DNA of 63,793 nt, counting the filler, from Reclinomonas americana ATCC 50394 (taxonomy: Eukaryota): the NCBI GenBank assembly GCA_048213135.1. It is 7 parts of 3 records of this genome, joined end to end, with 100 filler letters (N's around TTAATTAATTAA, not from the genome) between each part and the next. Parts side by side here need not be neighbours in the genome. Positions count along the whole stretch, not along the records: positions 41,496 to 54,926 come from PS015212.1; positions 55,027 to 57,092 come from PS015212.1; positions 57,193 to 61,939 come from PS015212.1; positions 62,040 to 63,793 come from PS015213.1; 3 more parts are not named here. One strand, given 5' to 3'. The notes beneath the pieces were generated by a model, which did not search any database, was not told the DNA's origin, and was given only the letters and a program-made list of their open reading frames with translations. Position numbers and translations under genes: made by a program. This document shows, in pieces, positions 51,555-62,126 of the stretch (positions are counted from its first letter, which is position 1; each line of letters starts with the position of its first letter).

Positions 51555-54500
51555 CTATATGTATGCACTAGCCTTGGCGGCGATGAGTTGCGCGGAACTA
51601 CCCCTTGTGAATTTCCGCCAGTCGTCTGACTCCAGGAAGCGGCTGCACGCACGCGTACACAGACCGTCAGCAAATGAGAATATTGGGAAAGAGAGCACGG
51701 GCACGAAGACAAACCAGAACGAGTCTTGCTGCAGATGTGACGGCCACATGAGAGACAAGTGAGTACAAAACGCGAGGGCAAAAAAATTTGTCGAATAGTC
51801 ACGACCGCCGACGCACCTGCATGACCATCACGGCATATCGCGAAATGTCGTCAAAGATTGTCTCGATGCCGCCCTCGGCCTCGTCCGCATCGAGCCCGGC
51901 GGCCGTCAGCGGCACTGAGGACATTTCGATAAAGCTGCTGCGCGGCGCCTGTGCAGAGCCCCGATACTGCAGAGGCAAGAAGGCTTCATCACCGTGATCT
52001 TGCACGGCCTGCCGCACCGGTGCCGCCAGCATAATGGCCAAATTGAGGCCGTGCAGCGCATTGACGCTCACAAAATCAGTGTACATCTGCCGACCCAGCG
52101 TCTTGATCCGCGCTGCCACATCATCGCCATGCGACTGCGAGTATCGCCTGCACAGCTTGTGGTACACCTCGAAGCGCTCCAGGAACCACAACTGCGGAGA
52201 TGGAGGGTCGGTCAGCCCGGACGTGACAAACAAGCAACACAAGAAACGCAACATTTTCCACGCTGAATTCGGAGACCTGTGTCAGGGAACAACAAAGTGA
52301 GACAAACCAGCAACTCAGCGCACTGCGACTACGTGTCGTGACGCACCAGGAACTGGCGAAAGAGTGCTCTGCGAAGGAACACAGCACGAAGATGAGGTGT
52401 GTGTACACGACAACGACATCGAAGCAGGGTCGCACCTCGATTCTTGATTGGCGAGCACCTCTTCCAGGCGTCCAGACGGGAACAACGCACGCTCAATCGC
52501 ACGCCGTCTGTGGTCGACAGTGGAGTATCGCGTGCGGCCCCACTTGAAGTAGCCTCGAATGATCGGAATACCGGAGATCAACCACGACGTGTTGAGGAGG
52601 GCCCACAGCAGGAAGTTCAACAGATTGTGCGCGGAACTCGAATACCACTGGACGCACAGAGACGGCGATGAGAATTCAGAGAGGTAGAGTGAGCACGTCT
52701 GCAGCATGGCACTCAACATTGGTGCTGGTCAGGCCAATGAGGAACGCCACGGCCACCNNNNNNNNNNNNNNNNNNNNNNNNNNNNNNNNNNNNNNNNNNN
52801 NNNNNNNNNNNNNNNNNNNNNNNNNNNNNNNNNNNNNNNNNNNNNNNNNNNNNNNNNNNNNNNNNNNNNNNNNNNNNNNNNNNNNNNNNNNNNNNNNNNN
52901 NNNNNNNNNNNNNNNNNNNNNNNNNNNNNNNNNNNNNNNNNNNNNNNNNNNNNNNNNNNNNNNNNNNNNNNNNNNNNNNNNNNNNNNNNNNNNNNNNNNN
53001 NNNNNNNNNNNNNNNNNNNNNNNNNNNNNNNNNNNNNNNNNNNNNNNNNNNNNNNNNNNNNNNNNNNNNNNNNNNNNNNNNNNNNNNNNNNNNNNNNNNN
53101 NNNNNNNNNNNNNNNNNNNNNNNNNNNNNNNNNNNNNNNNNNNNNNNCGGACTCACCAGTTCTAATCGCACAGAGAAAAAGTCCGGAGGGTGCCGCATGC
53201 TTCACGATGAAACGGGAGCGTGTCAGAAAATTGTCATGTACGTGCCGAGCAGCAGCAACAACAACACATACCGCGCGAGCGTAAATGCCGCAAACGCCAT
53301 CAATGCACAGGTCACGGTGGAGGTAAAGTAGTAGGCACCACGGGTGAGGAAGACGCATGAGCACCACGCGGGCGTCACGTCGGTGTAAAATGCCTCGCGA
53401 CCAATCGTCAGTGTCAACTGTGCACAGAGCAAGGATTTTCACGCGCCCACTCACACGCACAGAAAGAGACAACACGTACAAGCAAGAGAAGAAACGACTC
53501 ACCACCAACGCCAGCGGCAACAGGACGGTGACCTCGACAATGATCACAATCTTCGCGAGATAGGCGTCGGTCACCCGCGCGCCAAATGAAAAGATCTTCC
53601 TGGCGTCTGCTGCGGGCACAAACAGCTCCGTCCCGTCCTCCTCTTGCATGCTGGCCTCGGCGCGTTTCCGCGAGACGTCAAACGTGAGCCACAGGCGCAC
53701 GATGCGCAGCGTCAGCACCGACACCATCGGCACAAACTGCGCAAGCGAGAGACAGAGTTGGCGGCCAGTTCAGCACACGTACATGCGCCAGCAGCACAGT
53801 CCATCCACGCAACAGTAAGAAACGTGACGAAAGCCAGCGTGTTGCACCTGCATGGAAACACACAAACAAGTGTCGATGAGCAATATCGCTCCTTGGGAAG
53901 ATGCGCGTGCATGCCCCCAGTTCACCATGGGTTCGACGAGCCAAAGTACACCTGCAACGCGGCAACATCAGCGCACACTTAACACACGAAGCGAGAGCAC
54001 TACGCGCACTCACCGCACTTCCGAGCGCAATCATGAAATGATTGAAGTAGAACACAAACAGGAGCTGTGTGCACGGAACACACACACACTAGTGAAAATC
54101 ACCCTCTCCCACATGTAGGCTGCCACAACGCACCCTAGGTGAGCGCGCTCGCATGTACGGCTCACGCCGATGTGACCAGATCAACTGTTGTGAAACGCGC
54201 GCGCATGTGTGCGTGTGTGTGAGAGAGAGGGAAAACACACACAAAAAAAGGAGTTGCTAGACACGACGCACCAGCATGATCCCAGTCAATGGCACCATTG
54301 ATAAGCTGTACAGAGCGCTGCTCGGGCACACATATACACACACGTGGCGCACACAGAGACACACACACAGGAGAGACACACACAAATCAGCGCATGTTCG
54401 TATATCCACCGAGCACATAGACGCACGCACATATATGGACACATGAAGCGTATAGAGAGAGAGAGAGGAGAAGAGAGAGAAGAGAGGAGAAGAGAGAGGA

Positions 54501-54677
54501 GAAGAGTGCGCGCAACACACAAACCTCAGCGGCGAGCGCAGAATGCCGTGCAACTCTGAGAGACACACGCACACACACAGTCAGTCATACGCACACATGC
54601 AGCAGCAGCAAACAACAGCAACGTGGTGGCACACCTGCGACCTCGGTTGGAGAGGCACACTGGCCTCCCGCAGACAT
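51555..54677 (-). CDS. Multi-pass membrane (7TM-like) protein with C-terminal RGS domain, copy A (internal gap)
   Basis: Several hydrophobic helices including SVLTLRIVRLWLTF; RGS: LEEVLANQESRALFRQFLVSEFSVENLWFLE...MYTDFVS...LNL...IFDD...MQQDSFCRFLES. Confidence 0.85.
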
Positions 54678-54733
54678 GATCGCGGAGCACAGCAAGCACA
54701 GTCTGTTCGTTCACTCGGATTGTTCTTTGAAAA

Positions 54734-54909
54734 ATGGAGGTCGACGAGGGCAGTGGCGAGGCCTCATCGCCCTCCACCAACGCCGTTCTTCAGCTGTTTG
54801 CCACCATCAACGCCGAGTACGATGCGCAAAAGGAGCAACGAGAGCGATTGATTCGCGTGGCCCGCGATCTAACACGCACCAGCAAGGATGTGATTAGCGC
54901 CTGTCAGCG
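54734..54909 (+). CDS. Translin/TRAX-family protein, exon 1, copy A (3'-partial)
   Basis: MEVDE...AEYDAQKEQRERLIRVARDLTRTSKDVISACQR|gtgagc. Confidence 0.75.
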
Positions 54910-55026
54910 GTGAGCCTCTCTCTCTCNNNNNNNNNNNNNNNNNNNNNNNNNNNNNNNNNNNNNNNNNNNNTTAATTAATTAANNNNNNNNNNNNNNNNNN
55001 NNNNNNNNNNNNNNNNNNNNNNNNNN

Positions 55027-56636
55027 ACCATGACGGTGCACAGCTTCAGGATCTACACGCATACAGAGAGAGAGAGAGTCAATCTCAAGAGCGACCATGA
55101 GTAGAAAGTTGTTGACGGACTCACCAGTTCTAATCGCACAGAGAAAAAGTCCGGAGGGTGCCGCATGCTTCACGATGAAATAGGAGCGTGTCAGAAAATT
55201 GTCATGTACGTGCCGAGCAGCAACAACACATACCGCGCGAGCGTAAATGCCGCAAACGCCATCAATGCACAGGTCACGGTGGAGGTAAAGTAGTAGGCAC
55301 CACGGGTGAGGAAGACGCATGAGCACCACGCGGGTGTCACGTCGGTGTAAAACGCCTCGCGACCAATCGTCAGGGTCAACTGTGCACAGAGCAAGGATTT
55401 TCACGCGCCCACTCACACGCACAGAAAGAGACAACACGTACACGCAAGAGAAGAAACGACTCACCACCAGCGCCAGCGGCAACAGGACGGTGACCTCGAC
55501 AATGATCACAATCTTCGCGAGATAGGCGTCGGTCACCCGCGCGCCAAATGAAAAGATCTTCCTGGCGTCTGCTGCGGGCACAAACAGCTCCGTCCCGTCC
55601 TCCTCTTGCATGCTGGCCTCGGCGCGTTTCCGCGAGACGTCAAACGTGAGCCACAGGCGCACAATGCGCAGCGTCAGCACCGACACCATCGGCACAAACT
55701 GTGCAAGCGAGAGACAGAGTTGGCGGCCAGTTCAGCACACGTACATGCGCCAGCAGCACAGTCCATCCACGCAACAGTAAGAAACGTGACGAAAGCCAGC
55801 GTGTTGCACCTGCAGGGAAACACACAAACAAGTGTCGATGAGCAATATCGCTCCTTAGGAAGATGCGCGTGCATGCCCCCAGTCACCATGGGTTCGACGA
55901 GCCAAAGTACACCTGCAACGCGGCAACATCAGCGCACACTTAACACGTGAAGCGAGAGCACTACGCGCACTCACCGCACTTCCGAGCGCAATCATGAAAT
56001 GATTGAAGTAGAACACAAACAGGAGCTGTGTGCACGGAACACACACACACACTTGTGAAAATCACCCTCTCCCACACGTAGGCTGCCACAACGCACCCTA
56101 GGTGAGCGCGCTCGCATGTACGGCTCACGCCGATGTGACCAGATCAACTGTTGTGAAACGCGCGTGCATGTGTGTGTGAGAGAGAGGGAAAACACACACA
56201 CGAAAAAAGGAGTTGCTAGACACGACGCACCAGCATGATCCCAGTCAATGGCACCATTGATAAGCTGTAAAGAGCGCTGCTCGGGTACACATATACACAC
56301 ACGTGGCGCACACAGAGACACACACACAGGAGAGACACACACAAATCAGCGCATGTTCGTATATCCACCGAGCACATAGACGCACGCACATATATGGACA
56401 CATGAGGCGTATAGAGAGGGAGAGGAGAAGAGAGAGAAGAGAGGAGAAGAGAGAGGAGAAGAGTGCGCGCAACACACAAACCTCAGCGGCGAGCGCAGAA
56501 TGCCGTGCAACTCTGAGAGACACACACACACACACACAGTCAGTCATACGCACACATGCAGCAGCAGCACACAACAGCGACGTGGTGGCACACCTGCGAC
56601 CTCGGATGGAGAGGCACACTGGCCTCCCGCAGACAT
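55027..56636 (-). CDS. 7TM-RGS protein, copy B (N-terminal portion, 3'-partial)
   Basis: Same exon structure as copy A with a few substitutions (e.g. PTE/PSE, YMW/YVW). Confidence 0.75.
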
Positions 56637-56694
56637 GATCGCGGAGCACAACAACAAGTCTGTTCGTTCATTCGATTTAATTGTTCTTTGAAAA

Positions 56695-57075
56695 ATGGAG
56701 GTCGACGAGGGCAGTGGCGAGGCCTCATCGCCCTCCTCCAACGCCGTTCTTCAGCTGTTTGCCACCATCAACGCCGAGTACGATGCGCAAAAGGAGCAAC
56801 GAGAGCGATTGATTCGCGTGGCCCGCGATCTAACACGCACCAGCAAGGATGTGATTAGCGCCTGTCAGCGGTGAGCCTCTCTCTCTCTTCTCTCTCCCGT
56901 CTTCCTCCCTTCTGGGGTGCGCGTAGGTTGACAGGGCCGTGCACAGTCTGCCGACACGCAAACCACTGGAGAGCGGAGTGTGTCGGCGTGTGCTGAGCAG
57001 TCTCGAGACCATGTATGGCATTGCGACGAGTGTGGCCGAGGGGTTGCAGGGCGACAGCTACTGGAAGCTTCGTCT
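56695..57075 (+). CDS. Translin-associated factor X (TRAX)-like, copy B (3'-partial)
   Basis: RERLIRVARDLTRTSKDVI...CQR|AVHSL...GLQGDSYWKLR resembles TRAX (ER.IK.SRDIT..SK..I; LQG..W+.R). Confidence 0.75.
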
Positions 57076-57192
57076 TGTTTGGCCATCTTTTTNNNNNNNN
57101 NNNNNNNNNNNNNNNNNNNNNNNNNNNNNNNNNNNNTTAATTAATTAANNNNNNNNNNNNNNNNNNNNNNNNNNNNNNNNNNNNNNNNNNNN

Positions 57193-58302
57193 AGGATGTA
57201 CGGGAAGTGTGGTGCGGGCATCGGAGGCATGTGGCGGTGGCTGGATGGTCGAAAACTCGAATCAGTCGACTTTGACCGTGCAAACTTCAGCAGGAATGTC
57301 TGCTTATTTATCGGGCACTCCCGCAAACGACTAAGTCGTTTGTGAGGAAACGAGCACTGTGATGGACGGCTGACATTGGTCGACAATCTTTCGCCAAAGT
57401 TACGCCGAATATCAATGTCGACGTCGGGGTCCCACGCGCGCTGTATGCACTGGCGCAATGGACACTCGACATCTTCTCATGTTGGCACGAACAGGTCGAA
57501 CAAGAGAACCGCAGCTTGCGGCCGGCGGTGACGAGCTTCATGCTGTGCTCTGATCTCTCCCTCAAGGTCGAGTCGACATCGGCTGTCCTGTGCGAGAACT
57601 TTTTATTTCTGTCTTGTGAGCTGGTGCTCTGCACCCTGCGTTTCGTGTGTGCGTGGTGTGTGTGTGTGTATGTGTGCGTGCGTGTGTGCCATGTGCGCCA
57701 TGCGTTGCTCTGGGTGTGCTTGGTTTATTGAACATTTGTGAGTTGTCTCGGAGAAATTCGAGTTGTCTGCTCCTGTCTTCTTTCATGCCCGCGCATGTTT
57801 CGTGTGAGCTGCGTGTGCACACATTCATGCGGATGACCACATTTGTGTGGCTGTGCGCGTTGTGAGTGTTGAGTGTGGGGGGCAAGGTGGACATTGCCAG
57901 TTGTCTGGTGATCACTCACACTCTTTGTTTCGCGCGCAGGGCGACAAGAAACTCATTGACAAGCTTACGAATGTGGTGCGTACTGTGGCTCTCGAGTGGC
58001 TCACTGAGTGGCTCACCGAGCGCCAAGCTCTCGACCACAGCAGCGTGACGAATTCGTCAATGTCAGACTCGGTCGCATTGCTGTGGTGGTGTTGTGCTCT
58101 GCACGAAGTTTCGTTTCGCTTGTTGCTTGTCTTCTTGTTTCTTCTTGTCTGCATACTTGCATGCGATGCCCGTCTCGCGAACAGCGCGCGTAGCCACCAT
58201 CAAATCCGAGCGCGCAGCTCACCAGCGCCCACAGCCAGTGGCTGCTGTCTCCGCCAGAGTTGATGCAGTGTGGAGTGGTGCACCGTACACAGGTGTGGCA
58301 TA
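57193..58302 (+). pseudogene. Unrecognised spliced coding-like sequence with an in-frame stop
   Basis: Frame ...KRAL*WTADIGRQSFAKVT...LSLK|gtcgag...gcgcag|GDKKLIDKLTNVV... joins in phase; no family recognised. Confidence 0.3.
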
Positions 58303-58452
58303 GCAGGTGAGTGAGCTGGCGCAGCACTCCACACTGCGTCAACTCTGGCGGAGACAGCAGCCACTGGCTGTGGGCGCTGGTGAGCTGCGCGCTCGGATTT
58401 GATGGTGGCTATGGTGGCTACGCGCTGCGTGCCATTCGCGAGACGGGCATCG
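58164..58452 (+). repeat. Long inverted repeat (fold-back hairpin)
   Basis: 58191-58277 pairs with 58325-58411 over 87 bp (one U:G on + RNA); outer stem 58164-58181 pairs with 58435-58452; loop about 33 nt. Confidence 0.95.
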
Positions 58453-58486
58453 AGCTTGCACTCGGTCGTTGGACATTGCACATACT

Positions 58487-58520
<34 letters not shown>

Positions 58521-59039
58521 GTACAGGTCCACGAGGGCGGTGCCACAGTTGATGCACGCATTTTCAATGCCCACACGGCAACCCACTTCCTCCGGGAGTG
58601 CAGATGGGCTCTGTTGATCTCGGTGACGGCACGGCGCAGTGCGTCGTTGTTGTTGTGAGTCGCGCCCATCTTGCGCCGCACGATCACCTGGTGGCCACGC
58701 TTCCTCCGGTCAACCGCATCCGCGCCGTCGCTGCACCAGCGGTGCCGCCGGCGCAGTGATCGCCACGTGCCTTGGCGTTCCGATTGTCCGAGTGCCCTAG
58801 CCGGCTGTGCCTGCCTCCACATTCCTCCACTGCCTGCCCACCTGCTGACCCACAGCCTCCATTTGTGCCTCTTATTTTTCCTGTTGTCGTCTGCGTGTAT
58901 GCGTGTGTGTGTGTGCCCCTGTGTGCCTTTCCTTGCTCCTCCGATCTGCTTGCCTACGCGGCGGCACCCGTAGCACTGTACTGCAGTGCATCGCGGTGCC
59001 GCGGCGGTGGCGGGCGGTGGCGGGCGGGCGGCGACGAAT

Positions 59040-59399
59040 GAACTCTATCCATTCTTATCGTATGTGCAATCTATGCAAAGTTCGATTCTCCAAAGTCCAC
59101 AATCCAAGGCGAGGATAGATTGGTGACAGCCTAAGTTCTGCCGGATCGCTCGGGAACTCCGCTGCCGGGAATGGACTTTAGGTGGACATAGGCCCAGGCA
59201 AATCTCTGCCAAAGTTGTCGGCGAACTTTAGAAACCTATCATTCCCCAAAGTAGGACTTTAACGTAAGTCTGGCGCCTAATCTTGAACCTAAAGTCAACC
59301 CCATCTATCAAGATTAGAAACTAATCGGCGGCAAAGTCCAACTTACACCAGACGTTACTTTGGATTGGGGGGACATTTCAGACATTGCTTCGCGCAGTG
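59040..59399. other. AT-richer non-coding island with clustered AAAGT/ACTTT motifs (possible transposon subterminal region)
   Basis: 10 AAAGT/ACTTT copies in ~290 bp, plus inverted repeat ctaatcttga/tcaagattag. Confidence 0.45.
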
Positions 59400-59807
59400 N
59401 NNNNNNNNNNNNNNNNNNNNNNNNNNNNNNNNNNNNNNNNNNNNNNNNNNNNNNNNNNNNNNNNNNNNNNNNNNNNNNNNNNNNNNNNNNNNNNNNNNNN
59501 NNNNNNNNNNNNNNNNNNNNNNNNNNNNNNNNNNNNNNNNNNNNNNNNNNNNNNNNNNNNNNNNNNNNNNNNNNNNNNNNNNNNNNNNNNNNNNNNNNNN
59601 NNNNNNNNNNNNNNNNNNNNNNNNNNNNNNNNNNNNNNNNNNNNNNNNNNNNNNNNNNNNNNNNNNNNNNNNNNNNNNNNNNNNNNNNNNNNNNNNNNNN
59701 NNNNNNNNNNNNNNNNNNNNNNNNNNNNNNNNNNNNNNNNNNNNNNNNNNNNNNNNNNNNNNNNNNNNNNNNNNNNNNNNNNNNNNNNNNNNNNNNNNTT
59801 TTCGCAG

Positions 59808-60650
59808 GCTTCGGCAACGCGCACTTCATGTCGTTCACCAACCGCGCGCCGCGAGAGCACACGGACGGCACCGCGGGCGAGAGCCGCCTGATTGAGCTGG
59901 AGCTCAAGGTGATTGCCGACGTCGGCCTCATTGGCTACCCGAATGCCGGCAAGTCGACGCTGCTGCGGCGCGCGTCGCACGCGCGACCCGACATTGCCGA
60001 TTATGCGTTCACCACAGTGCGGCCCAACATTGGCGTGGTGCGCTACACCGACCACGAGACGCTGCATGTGGCCGACATTCCCGGCCTCATCGACGGCGCG
60101 CACATGAACATTGGGCTCGGCCACGAATTCCTGCGCCATGTGGTGCGCACCAAGGTGCTGCTGTTTGTGGTCGACGCCACCGCACGGCACTACAAGGCCG
60201 GCATCCGCAAGAAGCCCCACAAGCGCGACGAGCAGGAGTACGCGGAGACGGCACGTATCGAGCCCACACAGGCACTCGATCAGCTGCTGCTTGGTACGCA
60301 AGGGGCCGGGGAGAAGAGAGGCAGGCAGGCCGGCAGTGGTCTGACCTTTTGTTCCCTGTTTCGCAGAATTGTACCACTACGACGCCACACTGCTTCGCAA
60401 GCCGGCACTGGTGGCACTGAACAAGATGGACGCCGTCCCAGCGGAGGAGCACGCCGCACTGCTGCGTCGCGTGCGCCGACACAGCCTGTGGCCAGTATTT
60501 CCGATTGCCGCCTCCAACGAAGACGATGCAGCGTGGTCCCGCAAGATGGAACACCTGTGGCAAGCCGTACGACACACAATAGAGAACACCAACGATAGTG
60601 CTGGAGACGAGGCCGCAGCCATGCAGCGCGTGCAGAGACTACTCAAGTAA
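59808..60650 (+). CDS. Obg-family GTPase (MTG2/GTPBP5-like), 5'-partial
   Basis: [73 protein letters not shown]. Confidence 0.93.
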
Positions 60651-60698
60651 GCAGTGAATTTTTGTGTATTGTGTTTTGTGAGCAAAGCTCGCCGTGAG

Positions 60699-61849
60699 AT
60701 GGGTCTCTTTGGCAATCGCGCGGGCTCTGAGGCCGAGGGCGGAGGTGGCGCATTTGGGGCACGTGGGCAAGCCGAGAGTGAGGCCATGGTCAAGGCGTGG
60801 AAGAGAGAGCTCAAGAGCCAAGATCGAGAGCTCAACCGCAGCATTCGTCGTTGCGCGCGCACACTCACAGAGAATAGGGGGAGAGAGAGTCGTTCTCCTC
60901 ACACAAGCGCTGTCTCTCACACGCACGTACATGCACAGGACTGGAGCTGGAGGAGGGCAAGTTGATGCGCAACTGCAAGGTCATCACGAAATCTCACTCT
61001 CACTCTCTCTCTCTCACTCTCGCTCTCACACACTCGTGTGACACAGGCGGTGGCCAAGCGACAAGAGATGCAGGCGGTGCGGACAATGGCCAAGGAGATT
61101 GCGCATGCTCGGGTGGCTCGCAATCGACTGCACGCGGCTCGGGCGCGCGTCAACTCAGTGATGATGGAGTTGCAGCATGCCAGAGGTGCCTCTCTCTCCA
61201 CCACTTCCTCCTCCTGCTCCTCATGTGCCTTGTCCTGATCTTCTCCTTCTTCTTCGTCTTCCTCCAGCAATGATCAAGGCCACTGGACATTTGCGAATGG
61301 GCGCCGATGTCATGCACCACATGAATCAGCTGGCCAACGTGCCCGAGATCACACAGACTGTGGCGCGACTGACACAGGAGATGATGCGAGTTGCGTGGCC
61401 TGTACATGAGCAGGAGGTCGGCGATGATCCTCGCTCACCCTCGAACACCACAGAACGAGGTGCTGGAGGAGCAAATGGAGGATGCAGTGGAGGGGATTAG
61501 TGATCAGTACGAGGACGACGCGGATGCGCTGGTGGAGGCGGTGATTATGGAGGTCACGGGAGAGCAGCTGGCCACGGTCAAGCCGATTCCGTCGCAGAGG
61601 TTGCCGCGTGGGACGGCGGCCGCTCAGCCTGTCGCCGAGGCGGTACGGCCACAGCGTGTGGCCATGGCTGCCGACGGAACTCTGGTGCGCGATGCTGGCG
61701 GCTCATCGTCGTCTTCTTCTTCCACAACAACAACGACCACCACCACGACGGCATCGTCGGCAGCAGCAGCCGCCGACGCTGCGTCGTCTTCCGAACTCGA
61801 TGCGCTCTCTCAGAGACTCGCGGCATTACGATCAGGGTCGCAGCTGTAA
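60699..61849 (+). CDS. CHMP3: ESCRT-III subunit VPS24/CHMP3
   Basis: MGLFG...KAWKRELKSQDRELNRSIRRLELEE...MAKEI...ARVNSVMMEL...MNQLANVPEI...LTQEMM...EEQMEDA...LSQRLAALRS*. Confidence 0.85.
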
Positions 61850-62126
61850 TTATTATGCCAGCGCGAACGTGGTGCAGCCGCCGCCGCGACGATCCACCTT
61901 TTGAGTCCCACCAAAAAAATGTATAGCCACCCCAACCCGNNNNNNNNNNNNNNNNNNNNNNNNNNNNNNNNNNNNNNNNNNNNTTAATTAATTAANNNNN
62001 NNNNNNNNNNNNNNNNNNNNNNNNNNNNNNNNNNNNNNNTCTCTCTCTTTGTGAACTTGATTCTTACCTTTTCTTGATCGACGGCAGCCCAAGAGTGCCG
62101 CCGAACGTGTGCGAAAGCGCATCACC

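Larger units (their letters stand above)
53148..56887. repeat. Near-identical direct duplication, 53148-54926 vs 55116-56887
   Basis: Collinear throughout with scattered SNPs and microsatellite indels; copies are separated by an assembly linker. Confidence 0.92.

Noticed and set aside
53805-55780. Extra T in GTTGCG donors as a homopolymer sequencing error
   Set aside because: Present in both independently assembled copies (53813, 55775), on both strands, and strongly tied to the -1 base, which an overcall would not be.
56695-58452. Functional link between TRAX (RNAi factor C3PO) and the neighbouring hairpin
   Set aside because: They are separated by an artificial linker where the TRAX gene breaks off, so true adjacency is unproven.
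20453-61995. Palindromic TTAATTAATTAA at 20453, 26395, 41440, 54971, 57137 and 61984
   Set aside because: Always embedded in N runs; an artificial all-frame-stop contig linker, not a biological repeat or piggyBac TTAA site.
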